A stretch of 64,000 bases of DNA from Candidatus Latescibacterota bacterium (GCA_965116885.1 OZ220741.1:2112001-2176000), one strand, 5' to 3'; positions 52,206 through 62,667 are shown, counted from the first letter of the stretch. The notes: generated by a model from the sequence alone, not told the origin. A program made the numbers and translations.

Positions 52206-54194
52206 TTGTCTAAAAGCCATTTGATTATTCACACGCTAATTCTGGTCCCGATTTTTGCGGGGTGTCAGCCTGGCGAACAGGTGACGGTTTCGGGTGCGGT
52301 TGCAAAGCCGGGGACTTATGTCTATCAGCCCGACAAATCGGCGAACAGTTATCTCGAAGAAGCTGGTGGGATGACGGAAGAAGCACTCTCTGATAGTGCA
52401 TATCTGGTTCGCGGGTTGGTTGACTCTTCTGGCAAAAAGATAATCAAGAGTGTGACGATTCCCCTGTCGGAATATCCAGAAGTTTTGCCCGATGATGTGA
52501 TTAAAGTGCCAGCCCGTGTTTATAATGTGCGATTGGATACGGTTCGCGTTTTGCGCAATGTCCGATTGGTTCAGGAGAATCGGATTCTCAAAATTCCCGC
52601 AGGTGCTCTGGTGTCTGGGTGGACAGAGCGCGGCGTGCTGGTGGCGTTGTTACTTGGGCGCGGAAAAATTTACGAGATGGCTGATACCACGAAGGCAGTA
52701 TGGGCTTTTCATTACTTATACGTTCATTTGCACCCCGATGAATACGGCCGCCTGAGGGGTTTTGCAGGAGATGTGATTGACAGTTTGGAGGCTCTGGAAG
52801 ATGCATATGCCATCCATACACGTACCAGAACGCAGTTGGATTATGTGCGCCCTGGAGGGTTACAGCTTCCGGACACGGGTTATTGGCGCGTGTTGCTGGG
52901 GATTTTGCTAACGCCCAGGAGTGCATCTTTTCCGGGTAAGGGATTGCGCCGGCGTCGCTTTGAGGATGGGCGGGTGTGGACGACTTTTCCCAGTGGGCGA
53001 CAGCGCTGGCAGTATCCCGATGGGCGGGTGGAGGTGATATTTCCCGGGGGTATGAAAGAAATTCGATTTCCCGATGGGCGGGTTGTATCTGGCTATGAAC
53101 AGCAGGTGTCTCGCTTGAAAGATGAGTCTGCGGTTCGCAATGGTGTAGCCAGCGGCGCGATGGAGGAACGCACTTCGGAAAGGGTGACGGGGATTTCGGC
53201 AGGGGTAATATCCGATGGCACTATAGTAACCCGCAAAAAAGAGGGAAATGAACCTGCCATTCAGTCCGATGGGTATATGATTGTGAAAGGGGTGGATGGT
53301 TCAGTTCGGGAAACATTTCCCGATGGGCGAATTTTGCATCGCAGTGGAACCGGGTATCAAGTGGAGATTTTCCCCGATGGGCGAGAGATTGAGAGCAATC
53401 GCTTTGGGCAAAAGATCACCTCGTGGCCCGATGGTCGAAAAGAAGTGCGAATGCCGGTCGCATACAGTTATCCCGGTCCGTTGCGAACAGATCTCGCGGT
53501 GGTCAATCCGCTTCCAGACTCGGTTGCTGTAGGTGAAGAACTGACGGTTACAGGGCAGTTACACAGCGAGGTGGAAGATATATCTATCTCAGCCTTTCTT
53601 GCGCCCGATGGCAATGTGATCAAAGGGGCTGTGCGAAGGCAGGGGCGGCGGTTTCAGGCGCGGTTTCGGTTTGGGGAGGTAGGACATTGTCGCGTACAGG
53701 TCCAGGTTGTCCTGCCCAGGGCGCGCACCTTTGCGGTTTCGCACCAGGCGGTGGTTGTTGGCAATCCCGAGAAGTTAGAAGATGAAGTTTTGACAATAGC
53801 CCCCTATCCGGGGGATGAGGGGGCTGAACGATTTTTGATTGATCAAATTAATGCGGCGCGAAGGCGGATTGGATGTCAGGCGGTCCTTCCACATCCCAAT
53901 TTGATGCATGTGGCGCGCATCCGCCTCGAGGAAATGTTGGCTTTGGGTGAGGTATCCCACTTTTCTTTCGGGGGCTTGGATGTGATGTGGCATGTAACCA
54001 CCCGACGCTTGCCATTTTTCCAGGTGAGCGAAAATGTGGCAAACGGATATTTTGTCGAAACGATGCAGGCAAGTTGGATGTTAAGTGCGAGCCATCGTTC
54101 AAATATATTGGCGAGACACTGGACACATGTGGGGGTAGCTGTGGCAAAAGATAGGGGCATGGTGTGGGGTGTTCAGGTGTTTGCACGGCAATAA
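52206..54194 (+). CDS. Lipoprotein with SLBB domain, PDG beta-repeats and C-terminal CAP (SCP) domain
   Basis: IFAGC lipobox; VTVSGAVAKPGTY...AGG; 9-residue xPDG repeats; SENVA...WMLSASHRSNIL...VGVA. Confidence 0.75.
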   Translation: MSKSHLIIHTLILVPIFAGCQPGEQVTVSGAVAKPGTYVYQPDKSANSYLEEAGGMTEEALSDSAYLVRGLVDSSGKKIIKSVTIPLSEYPEVLPDDVIKVPARVYNVRLDTVRVLRNVRLVQENRILKIPAGALVSGWTERGVLVALLLGRGKIYEMADTTKAVWAFHYLYVHLHPDEYGRLRGFAGDVIDSLEALEDAYAIHTRTRTQLDYVRPGGLQLPDTGYWRVLLGILLTPRSASFPGKGLRRRRFEDGRVWTTFPSGRQRWQYPDGRVEVIFPGGMKEIRFPDGRVVSGYEQQVSRLKDESAVRNGVASGAMEERTSERVTGISAGVISDGTIVTRKKEGNEPAIQSDGYMIVKGVDGSVRETFPDGRILHRSGTGYQVEIFPDGREIESNRFGQKITSWPDGRKEVRMPVAYSYPGPLRTDLAVVNPLPDSVAVGEELTVTGQLHSEVEDISISAFLAPDGNVIKGAVRRQGRRFQARFRFGEVGHCRVQVQVVLPRARTFAVSHQAVVVGNPEKLEDEVLTIAPYPGDEGAERFLIDQINAARRRIGCQAVLPHPNLMHVARIRLEEMLALGEVSHFSFGGLDVMWHVTTRRLPFFQVSENVANGYFVETMQASWMLSASHRSNILARHWTHVGVAVAKDRGMVWGVQVFARQ

Positions 54195-54208
54195 AAGAGA
54201 GGTTTGGT

Positions 54209-55798
54209 GTGAATAAAAAACAGGCCGATGTGCCCGATTTGCTCCAGATTGAAGGCGGGTTAAATTTAGGTACATCGCGGGAGGTGTCGCAACAAACCGG
54301 CGTTCCCGAAGCGCATGTCTATGGCGTGGGTAGCTTTTTTGATTTGTTGACGGATACGGATAAAAAAGTGCGGGTCTGCACGGGTTTGTCGTGTCGCATG
54401 GCGGGTGCAGATCAGGTGCTGCAGGCGATGGTAGATGCGGGTCTGCCTGCGATGGGGTGTTCGTGTCTGGCAGCTTGTGATCGTCCGCCTGCGGTGTTGC
54501 GAGACCGCGATGTGTTGCCCGCTGTATCGGTTGAGGATGTGGTGCGGTCAGATGGCGATTGGACAAGGCTTCTGCCAGAGATAGTGTCCAGTGACAACTT
54601 GGGGCATGTGGGACCAGAGGTGGATGATCCAGATACCATGGCGATCAATTTGTTGGGGCAGGCCGATTGGTCGGGTAAGGCGTTTGGAAAGGCCGCGAAG
54701 ATGCGTCCCGAAGAAATTATTGAAGAAATAGAGACGTCGGGGCTGCAAGGTCGCGGTGGTGCGGGTTTTTCTGCTTCTTTTAAGTGGAATGCCGTGTGTT
54801 CAGAAAAAGAGACCGTGCGTTATGTGGTCTTAAATGGCGATGAGAGCGAGCCTGGTACATTTAAGGACCGCGAAATTTTGATGCGTCGTCCCGATCGGGT
54901 CATTGAGGGGTTGGCGATTGCTGCTTATACAATCGGGGCGAGAGATGTTTATTTGTACTTGCGGGGCGAGTTTGCATTTCCAAAGGCTGTGATGGCAAAA
55001 GTTGTTGCGGAGTTTGAATCGCATAATATATTTCCCGATATCCGTTTTCACATGCACTCGGGGCAGGGTGCGTATATTTGCGGCGAGGAGACGGCACTTT
55101 TAGAGGCATTGGAGGGCAAGCGCGGGATGCCGCGTTTGCGACCGCCCTATCCCACAGAATACGGTTTGTGGGGAAAACCCACACTTATTCACAATGTGGA
55201 AACGATTGCGTGCGTGCCTTCGATTATTTTGAGAGGAGGCGATTGGTTTCGCAATCTGGGGCGCACAGAGGCGGGTTCAAAAGTGTATTGTATTAGCGGG
55301 CATGTCGGATGTCCCGGTGTTTATGAGTTGCCACTGGGCGTGACTCTGGATGAGTTGGTCGAAGAGGCGGGCGGATATATTGGTGCTCCAAAGGCGTTTA
55401 GTCCCGGGGGTGCGAGTTCGGGTTTTTTGCCGGCTAAATACAGAGATCAGCCATTGGATTTTAAGACAATGGATGGGTTGGGTTCGCTACTCGGCTCGGC
55501 CGGTGTTGTCGTGTTGAACGACACGGTGGATATGAAATGGTCGGTCAGTCAACAGTTGAGATTTTTTCACGATGAAAGCTGCGGGCAATGTGCCCCCTGT
55601 CGCATTGGTACGCGGTATTTACACGAGGCACTTGAAAATCGCATTTGCAATCGGGAACAGGACGATAAACCTCACTTGCAACACACAGAAGATGTGGCGT
55701 GGCAAATGGGTGAGGGTTCGATATGTGGTCTTGGGCAAATTGCTGCTCTCCCCCTGACGAGTGCCCAAAAATTTTTCCCCGAGGAATTTGATGAATGA
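54209..55798 (+). CDS. NuoE/NuoF-fusion diaphorase subunit of NAD-linked formate dehydrogenase
   Basis: VCTGLSC...CLAAC (2Fe-2S); GRGGAGF, NGDESEPGTFKDR, YICGEETAL, ESCGQCAPCR...ICGLG. Confidence 0.9.
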   Translation: MNKKQADVPDLLQIEGGLNLGTSREVSQQTGVPEAHVYGVGSFFDLLTDTDKKVRVCTGLSCRMAGADQVLQAMVDAGLPAMGCSCLAACDRPPAVLRDRDVLPAVSVEDVVRSDGDWTRLLPEIVSSDNLGHVGPEVDDPDTMAINLLGQADWSGKAFGKAAKMRPEEIIEEIETSGLQGRGGAGFSASFKWNAVCSEKETVRYVVLNGDESEPGTFKDREILMRRPDRVIEGLAIAAYTIGARDVYLYLRGEFAFPKAVMAKVVAEFESHNIFPDIRFHMHSGQGAYICGEETALLEALEGKRGMPRLRPPYPTEYGLWGKPTLIHNVETIACVPSIILRGGDWFRNLGRTEAGSKVYCISGHVGCPGVYELPLGVTLDELVEEAGGYIGAPKAFSPGGASSGFLPAKYRDQPLDFKTMDGLGSLLGSAGVVVLNDTVDMKWSVSQQLRFFHDESCGQCAPCRIGTRYLHEALENRICNREQDDKPHLQHTEDVAWQMGEGSICGLGQIAALPLTSAQKFFPEEFDE

Positions 55799-58601
55799 AC
55801 TGATATTGAACGGACAGACGGTATGCTTTGCTGAGGGCGAAACCCTGCTGGATATTGCATCCCGTCATGGGTTGGAAATACCGACCCTGTGTCACGATCC
55901 GCGCTTAGAGCCCGCGGGTGCGTGTCGCTCTTGTCTGGTGGAAGTTGCCGATGAGCGGTTGATGACACCGGCCTGTGCGCGTGTGGCGCAAGCTGGTATG
56001 GTGGTGATGACCGAGAATGAGCGCATTGATCGGCACCGCCGAACTCTGATGGCTTTGTATATGACCGATCATCCGCACGAGCGCGAGGTATCGGAAGTCG
56101 GTTCGCCGGATTTATTGCTGAATATGGCCGCTGAGTTCGATGCGCCGATGGATTGGGGGTGGATGGAGCCGATGCGGGGAGATCGAGAGGATCGCAATCC
56201 CTATGTGGATTTTAATCCCGAAACCTGTATTGCGTGTGCGCGATGCGTGCGCTATTGCGACGAAATAGAAGGTGTTTCGGCGATTACTCTTGCGGGTAGA
56301 GGGTCGCATACGACTATTTCTACAGTGGAAGAAAAATCACTGCTGGATACGACGTGCGAGTTGTGTGGTGGATGTATTGATGTGTGTCCAACCGGCGCGA
56401 TGAATGAAAAATTGCCCCTTACGCGCGGGCAAAAACCCGAGCGGGAATTGGTAAAGGTGCGGTCAACCTGCAACTTTTGTGGGGTGGGTTGTCAGTTCGA
56501 TCTCAATGTGGATTCAGAAGGACGAGATGGCAAGGGGCAGATTGTAAAGGTGACGAGTCCACCGCCGGGCACGACGACCAATGATGGCAATTTGTGTGTC
56601 AAGGGACGCTTTGCTTATGATTTTGTCCATCACAACGACCGGTTGACTGAGCCGCTTGTGCGGGGTGAGGATGGTGTCCTGCGTCCAACTACATGGGACG
56701 CTGCGCTCAAAAGCGCAGCGGAGGGTTTGTTGGGCGTTGCAGAGCGACACGGCGCAGATGCCCTGGGTTTTGTGAGTTCGTCGCGGTGTACGATGGAGGA
56801 AAATTTTCTCGTTCAGAAAATGGCGCGCGCACTGTTTCGGGCAAATCACGTCCATCAGTGCGCGGCCACGTGACACGCGCCAACTGTGGCCGGTCTGGTC
56901 GAAACATTTGGTGCGGGTGCTATGACAAATTCAATTGGCGAGATACGCGATGCCGATTTTCTGTTTGTGATTGGCAGCAATACGAGCGAGGCACATCCGA
57001 TTATCGCTATGGAGATGAAGCGTGCGGTTCGCAAAGGCGCGACTCTCGTTGTCGCCGATCCCCGGGCGATATGGATGACGTCTATTGCGGAAAAGCATTT
57101 GCAACTCAATCCCGGTACAGATGTGTGGTTGCTCAATGCCATGGCGCATGTGATTGTGGTAGAGGATTTGATCGATAGCGAGTTTATCGAGAATCAGACT
57201 GAACATTTTGAGCAGGTCAAAGAGGTCGTTGCGTCTTATACACCCGAAAAGGCGGAAGAGATAACGGGTATTTCAGCAGATGATATTCGCTGGACCGCGC
57301 GTCAGTACGCTACGACGGAAAAAGCGGGTATATACTATACGCTGGGCATTACGGAACACGCACACGGTACGGATAATGTGTATGCGCTTGCAAATCTGGT
57401 TTTGATGACGGGGCATCTGGGCAAGCCATCGATGGGGATGAATCCCCTGCGCGGACAGAACAATGTGCAGGGTGCAAATGATGCGGGTGCCACGCCGATG
57501 TTTTATCCGGGTTATCAGCGCGTGGATGATCCCGAGGTGCGGGCAAAGTACGAGAAGTCATGGGGTGTTCCGCTGTCCCCGGTGCCGGGTCTGAATCTCA
57601 ATGAGATGATGAAGACTGTGGGTGAACAGATGCGCGGCTTTTTTGTGATGGGTGAAGATATTGTGTTGTCCGAACCCAATGTTTTGGAGTTGGAGAAGGG
57701 GTTGAATAATGTCGATTTTATCGTGATGCAGGATGCGTTCCTGAATGAGACGGCGCGTTTTGCCGATGTGATTTTGCCCGCAGCCGTGTTTGCCGAGAAG
57801 GAGGGTACGTTTACCAATTCAGAGCGCCGTGTGCAGAGGGTTCGCAAGGCGGTTGAACCCCCTGGGGAAGCGCTTCCAGATTGGGAGATTCTGGTGATGC
57901 TGGCGAATAAGATGGGCGCGAATTGGTCGTATAAAGACCCGGCGGAAGTTTATGCCGAGATGGTTAAAGATGTTCCTCAATTTGCCGGTATTAGTCACGA
58001 AAAATTGGAAAAGATAGATGCAGGAGAAGAGCGCATAGCGGGATTACAGTGGCCGTGTCCCGATGCGGATCATCCGGGTACAAAATTTTTACACGAAGAT
58101 GGCATTTTGCGCGGTAAGGGGTTGTTTATGCCCGTGCATTATATCCCGCCAGCGGAATTGCCGGATGAAGATTACGGTCTTTTTCTTTCTACGGGACGCA
58201 CGCTGTATCACTACAATGCTGCAACACAGACGCGCCGGGAGTCCGGGCTTGATGCAAAACAGTCCGAGGCTTTTGTGGAGTTGCATCCGAGCGATGCGCG
58301 GAAGCGAGGTGTTCACCACGGGGATGTGGTGGAGGTGACGACGCGGCGCGGGCGTGTGCAGTTGCGGGCTATTTTGTCGCGGCAGGTGCGCCCGGGGTGT
58401 ATCTGGATGCCGTTGCATTTTGCCGAGGCACGCGCCAATGTGTTGACGAATGATGTGGGCGATGCTGTGACGGGGACAGCCGAGTACAAGGTGTGTGCGG
58501 CAGAGGTGCGGTTGGTTGAGTCGATGTCCGATAATGAAACGTTCTTTCCGGGGAGCTATTACTACGAGAAGGGGCCGGGGTTGCAGCGCGTGGGTGATTG
58601 A
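55791..58601 (+). CDS. fdhF: Selenocysteine-containing formate dehydrogenase alpha subunit (UGA at 56871-56873)
   Basis: ORFs 55761-56873 and 56886-58601 are in frame across TGA: HQCAAT-U-HAPTVAGL; Fe-S motifs; LRGQNNVQGA; molydopterin-binding C-terminus. Confidence 0.92.
56874..56915 (+). promoter_or_regulatory. Bacterial SECIS element
   Basis: Directly after UGA: cgcgccaa/ttggtgcg lower stem and ggcc-ggtct-ggtc apical stem-loop, similar to the fdhF SECIS (GCAGGUCUGC). Confidence 0.8.
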
Positions 58602-58611
58602 GCCTGGACTT

Positions 58612-58644
58612 AAAAAAGCCGCGAGCATAACTCGCGGCTTTTTT
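58612..58644. terminator. Bidirectional terminator
   Basis: aaaaaagccgcgag...ctcgcggctttttt. Confidence 0.88.
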
Positions 58645-60103
58645 AATAGGCTAACGTCTCTCGACCGAATCGCTCGGCAGCCTCAAGGGTCTCGCGCACA
58701 TCGTCCCAGGTTGTGGTGTGGTTGACGATGCACAGCCGGAGTGAAAACTTTCCATGCAGAAGCGTTGAGGATATGAAGGCTTTGTCTTCCCAAAAGATGC
58801 GGGCGAGTACCGTCTTGTTGATTTCTTCGAGTTCTTTCTCTTCAATAGCTGTGTCGGCGGGGTGGATTCGGAAGCATACGACTCCCAGAGACGCGGGGTT
58901 TAACATCTCCAGTATCTGGCTCTCCCTCACGTATTCTTCCGCCTGAGTGGCCAGTTCCATTCCCTTTGCGACGGCGCACCGGAATGCGTCCATCCCGAAG
59001 GTCTGGACGGACATCCAGATCTTAAGCGCGCGCACCGAGCGGCTCAGTTGCAGGCCGCGATCCGAGAAGTTCGGGTGGTTTGCGCCCCATATTGTGTCCT
59101 GGAGAATATCGTGATGAACACCGAAGGCGTTTTCAAGTGTGTTCAGGTCTTTGACCAGCAGGCAGCCGGCCTCATAAGGCTGGAAAAACCATTTGTGCGC
59201 GTCCAGGCCGATGGAATCTGCGCGTTCCATCCCGCGTAAGAGTTCCTTGCCTTGTTCGGTCACGACCGCGAAGCCGCCGTATGCAGCATCAACGTGTAGC
59301 CATATATCTTCTACTTCACAGTAGTCTGCCATGGCTTCGATAGGATCAATGGTTCCGGTACTGCTCGTTCCGGCATTGGCACACACCGCAATGGGATTGA
59401 ATCCCGCTGCGCGGTCGTCTGCTACAGCCTGTGCGAGTGCATCCATGTCCAGGCGGAAGAGATCGTCGCTCGGAGTCAGGCGTATGCATTCTGGGCGAAT
59501 GCCGATGATCCTGGCTGCGCGGATGTGCGCGCTATGGCTCTGGTCGCTCATGTACACTGTGGCGCGTTCGGGATGTCCCGCGGCTTCTCGGGCTGCGACG
59601 AGGGCATCGAGGCTGGCTGCGGAGCCTCCGCTCGTCAAAAGCCCACCCGCGCTTTCTGGGTAGCCGACCCATTGCCGCAACCAATCAATGACGACCAGTT
59701 CGAGTTGACTCGGACCGCTTCCGACCAGCCAGGTGCATGCGTTGACGTTGTATCCGGCGGCCATGAAATCGGCCAGCACGCCGGGCCATGTGGGTGCCGA
59801 TGGGATAAACGCGAAGCAACGCGGGTGGTCCAGTCGCATCGCAATTGGGAGGATCTCGCGTGCGGCCTGCTCAATGACTTCCTCTGGGGGCCGTCCAGCT
59901 TCGGGCGGGTCCTTCAAGAGTTGTTTCTCCAGTCCCTGTCTGAATTCTCCATCCCAGGCATTTTCTCCGGGCAAGGTCTCGGTTCGCGCCACCAAAAGCT
60001 CCGCGGCTTTGCGCGCGAGTTCAAGCATGAGTTCGGGTGCCATCTGGAGGCCGTTGCCCGTCTCGTCTGAAAGTTTCCGTTTTGTCTCTGATCTTCTTTT
60101 CAT
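58643..60103 (-). CDS. Group II PLP-dependent decarboxylase (aromatic-L-amino-acid decarboxylase-like); alternative start 60115
   Basis: DHPRCFAFIP, TSGGS, QSHS, WLHVDAAYGG, DAHKW, RALKIW. Confidence 0.9.
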   Translation of the reverse strand: MKRRSETKRKLSDETGNGLQMAPELMLELARKAAELLVARTETLPGENAWDGEFRQGLEKQLLKDPPEAGRPPEEVIEQAAREILPIAMRLDHPRCFAFIPSAPTWPGVLADFMAAGYNVNACTWLVGSGPSQLELVVIDWLRQWVGYPESAGGLLTSGGSAASLDALVAAREAAGHPERATVYMSDQSHSAHIRAARIIGIRPECIRLTPSDDLFRLDMDALAQAVADDRAAGFNPIAVCANAGTSSTGTIDPIEAMADYCEVEDIWLHVDAAYGGFAVVTEQGKELLRGMERADSIGLDAHKWFFQPYEAGCLLVKDLNTLENAFGVHHDILQDTIWGANHPNFSDRGLQLSRSVRALKIWMSVQTFGMDAFRCAVAKGMELATQAEEYVRESQILEMLNPASLGVVCFRIHPADTAIEEKELEEINKTVLARIFWEDKAFISSTLLHGKFSLRLCIVNHTTTWDDVRETLEAAERFGRETLAY

Positions 60104-60111
60104 ACCCCTTC

Positions 60112-61041
60112 TCATTCTTTCACTTGTGGATAAAAACCCGAGAGGAAGGTTAATTTCATGCCGGTTTGTGGGTCAGTAATTGGGGTGGCATAACTTATCT
60201 TGGGCGAGCCAATGGGATCTCCGAGCAAGTCGCCGTCCCCATTCTCATCTACCGCTGGATTATCGAAATAATACTCGACAAAACCACCACCTGCAGCGGC
60301 TGCAGCGATGAGTTCCTGGACGTATTTGACGCCATTGGGATCTTCAAAGTTAATCAGGTTTTGTCCCTCGAGAGCTGCATTGGCTGCGTGATACACTATG
60401 ACGCCATCGCTGTTTAAAACTGCGAGATAGATGGCTTCGTGTTTCCACCTGCCTCCCTCTTGTCTGAATTCTTCTGCGATGTCTTCGGAAAAGGGGAAGC
60501 TTTTCGCGTATTCTTTTGCGGCTTCTACAAATGCTTTCAGGGTTTTCTTATCTATCACATCCCTGGCCGTGATCTGTTTTGTTGGCTCTTCCAGGGAGTA
60601 TGACTCTTTCACCTGTGCTTTTCCACCGATGGGCAAATAGAGTACGACCTTATAGCCTGCGTTAATCGGTATGCTGGACCAGGTGCCGATCTCGATCCCG
60701 TCCTGTGAGGCACGCGCCTGGTAATAACCATTGCCCGATGAGATTTCTACCAGTGTCTGACCTTTTTCATCGGTTGTGCCCGACCACTCATAGGCTGGCG
60801 TCTGTCCGGCAATAGAGCGCGAAAACTCTACGGTTGCACCGCTTACTGGTGCGCCGTCACGATACAGATTGACCGTGACTACAGCCTGTGCTTTGTGGTG
60901 GGCTATTGCCAATTTGCTCAGGGGACGTCCGACCTGTTCCTCTGTTCCGACTTCTGACTGCGTCAAGCGCTCTCCGCCGCAGTTCCACATCAGTCCTGCA
61001 GCAAGAGCTATGATAGCTATACTGCGAATGTGGTTCAACAT
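60112..61041 (-). CDS. Lipoprotein: shared N-terminal module plus single Cache domain
   Basis: LMWNC lipobox; IYLAVL...YHAAN..LEGQNL...DPNG...GGGFVEYYF.NP...KISY Cache_2-like motifs. Confidence 0.8.
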   Translation of the reverse strand: MLNHIRSIAIIALAAGLMWNCGGERLTQSEVGTEEQVGRPLSKLAIAHHKAQAVVTVNLYRDGAPVSGATVEFSRSIAGQTPAYEWSGTTDEKGQTLVEISSGNGYYQARASQDGIEIGTWSSIPINAGYKVVLYLPIGGKAQVKESYSLEEPTKQITARDVIDKKTLKAFVEAAKEYAKSFPFSEDIAEEFRQEGGRWKHEAIYLAVLNSDGVIVYHAANAALEGQNLINFEDPNGVKYVQELIAAAAAGGGFVEYYFDNPAVDENGDGDLLGDPIGSPKISYATPITDPQTGMKLTFLSGFYPQVKE

Positions 61042-62667
61042 GGAATCCTCCAAAAAAATTTACGGCGAGAACCGATAGACCACGGGCAATTGCGCGGGGT
61101 CTGTGATGGTCAAGTCTGTGTGGTGATAGATGTTGATGCGTCCGGTGCCGCAGTCTCCAAATTCGTCGCAGTTGAGCATGCCGATGAGAGCCTGAAAGCC
61201 TGACGTCGCGTGGAGTTGCCGGCGCAGTGCGGCGCGATCTACATACAATTTTCCACCAGCTTCGCCTGCAACAATCTCGATGGCGTTGAGCAGCAGCGTT
61301 GTGGCATCGTAAGAGTGCGCCCAGTAAGGCGTGATTGGAAATCCGCCATACGCGGCTTCGTACGCGGCGAGCGCTTCATCTACGCTCTTGCCGGTTGCAG
61401 CATTGACATTTGAGCCGAGATCCGCCTCCGGTCCTGCAGCGTAAACACCCTCTGATTGCGGTGTGGCGAGGAATTTCGAATCGAGGAGGGCTGCACCCGT
61501 GATGAGTGTCGCGTCTTTCAGGCTGTCGTGTTCCCGCGCCTGCTTGGCGAAAGGTATGCCTTCTATATCGAAGAGCGGGAAGAAGATGCCGTCTGGTGTG
61601 GCTGCTGCAAATTCCGTGAGGACGGATGCCATGTCCGTCTGCCCTTTCGCGATCGTGGCGGTGGCTACGACCTCGCCGCCGATGGCGCTAAACGCATTGC
61701 CAAATGCGATGGTGAGACCCAGGGTGTACGGGTCTCCATCATTGAGAGCGGCCATGCGTCGCAGGCCCAATTCATTGTATGCGAAGTCGGCGACTGCCCG
61801 CGCCTGATAGAGGTCGTTGACCGAAACGCGGAAATAGCCGGGGTGGTAGTCGGAACTCGCGTTGCCGGCGAGGTCGGACGTAAGTGCTGGCGAGGTGTTG
61901 GATGGCGAGATCATTACCAGACCCGCCTCGCTGATCACCGGTGAGGCCGCCACTGCCGCACCCGAGCAGTTCGTGCCGATGACGCCGACTACCTGCGGGT
62001 CGGCAATGATCTGCTCTGCGCCCATGTGTCCGCCATCTGGCCCACACCCGGTGTCCAGTGATTCGCCGAGTTCAACCGCGTGACCGTGGATTAGGCCGAA
62101 GTCTTGTACGGCCAATTCAATGGCGTTCCGCGACGGCCCACCAAGCGATGTCGCGATTGTATGCGCGAGCAACGAACGGATTTGCACGGCTTCGCCTTCG
62201 TCAATCGTGACTAAAGAGCGCATGGACGAACCGGTCACCTGTGCTTGTCCACCGATGGGCAAATTGAGCATGACTTCGTAGCCTGTATTAAGTGGAATGC
62301 TGGACCAGGAACCGATCTCGACCCCGTCCTGTGAGGCACGCGCCTGGTAATAACCATTACCCGACGAGATTTCCACCCAGGCCTGACCATTATCAGCGGT
62401 CATATCCGACCACTGATAGTTGGGGGCCTGTCCAGCAATGGAGCGCGAAAATTCTACAGTTGCACCGCTTATTGGTGCGGCATCCTGGTGTACAGTGACC
62501 CCTACCACAGCCTGTGCTGCATCCTCGTGCGCCACCATTTTGCTCAGGGGACGGCCAATCTGTTCCTCTGCCCCGGTCTCTGATTGCGTGACGCGCTCAC
62601 CGCCGCAGTTCCACATCAGTCCTGCGGCAAGAGCTATGACAATAATACTGCGAATGTGCTTCAACAT
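60601..62667 (-). repeat. Direct repeat of about 440 bp (60601-61041 and 62227-62667) encoding the shared N-terminal module
   Basis: Ungapped hand alignment gives 106/147 identical residues; the RBS region ggaggattc[c/t]atg is also shared. Confidence 0.95.
61060..62667 (-). CDS. Lipoprotein: shared N-terminal module plus LivJ/LivK-type substrate-binding domain
   Basis: LMWNC lipobox; DTGC, VIGTNCSG, ISPSNTSPALT, YFRV..ND, DGDPY, SYDA. Confidence 0.85.
   Translation of the reverse strand: MLKHIRSIIVIALAAGLMWNCGGERVTQSETGAEEQIGRPLSKMVAHEDAAQAVVGVTVHQDAAPISGATVEFSRSIAGQAPNYQWSDMTADNGQAWVEISSGNGYYQARASQDGVEIGSWSSIPLNTGYEVMLNLPIGGQAQVTGSSMRSLVTIDEGEAVQIRSLLAHTIATSLGGPSRNAIELAVQDFGLIHGHAVELGESLDTGCGPDGGHMGAEQIIADPQVVGVIGTNCSGAAVAASPVISEAGLVMISPSNTSPALTSDLAGNASSDYHPGYFRVSVNDLYQARAVADFAYNELGLRRMAALNDGDPYTLGLTIAFGNAFSAIGGEVVATATIAKGQTDMASVLTEFAAATPDGIFFPLFDIEGIPFAKQAREHDSLKDATLITGAALLDSKFLATPQSEGVYAAGPEADLGSNVNAATGKSVDEALAAYEAAYGGFPITPYWAHSYDATTLLLNAIEIVAGEAGGKLYVDRAALRRQLHATSGFQALIGMLNCDEFGDCGTGRINIYHHTDLTITDPAQLPVVYRFSP

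Noticed and set aside
56871..56873. FDH pseudogene caused by a premature stop
   Set aside because: The TGA is at the catalytic Sec/Cys position, in frame, and followed by a SECIS-like hairpin
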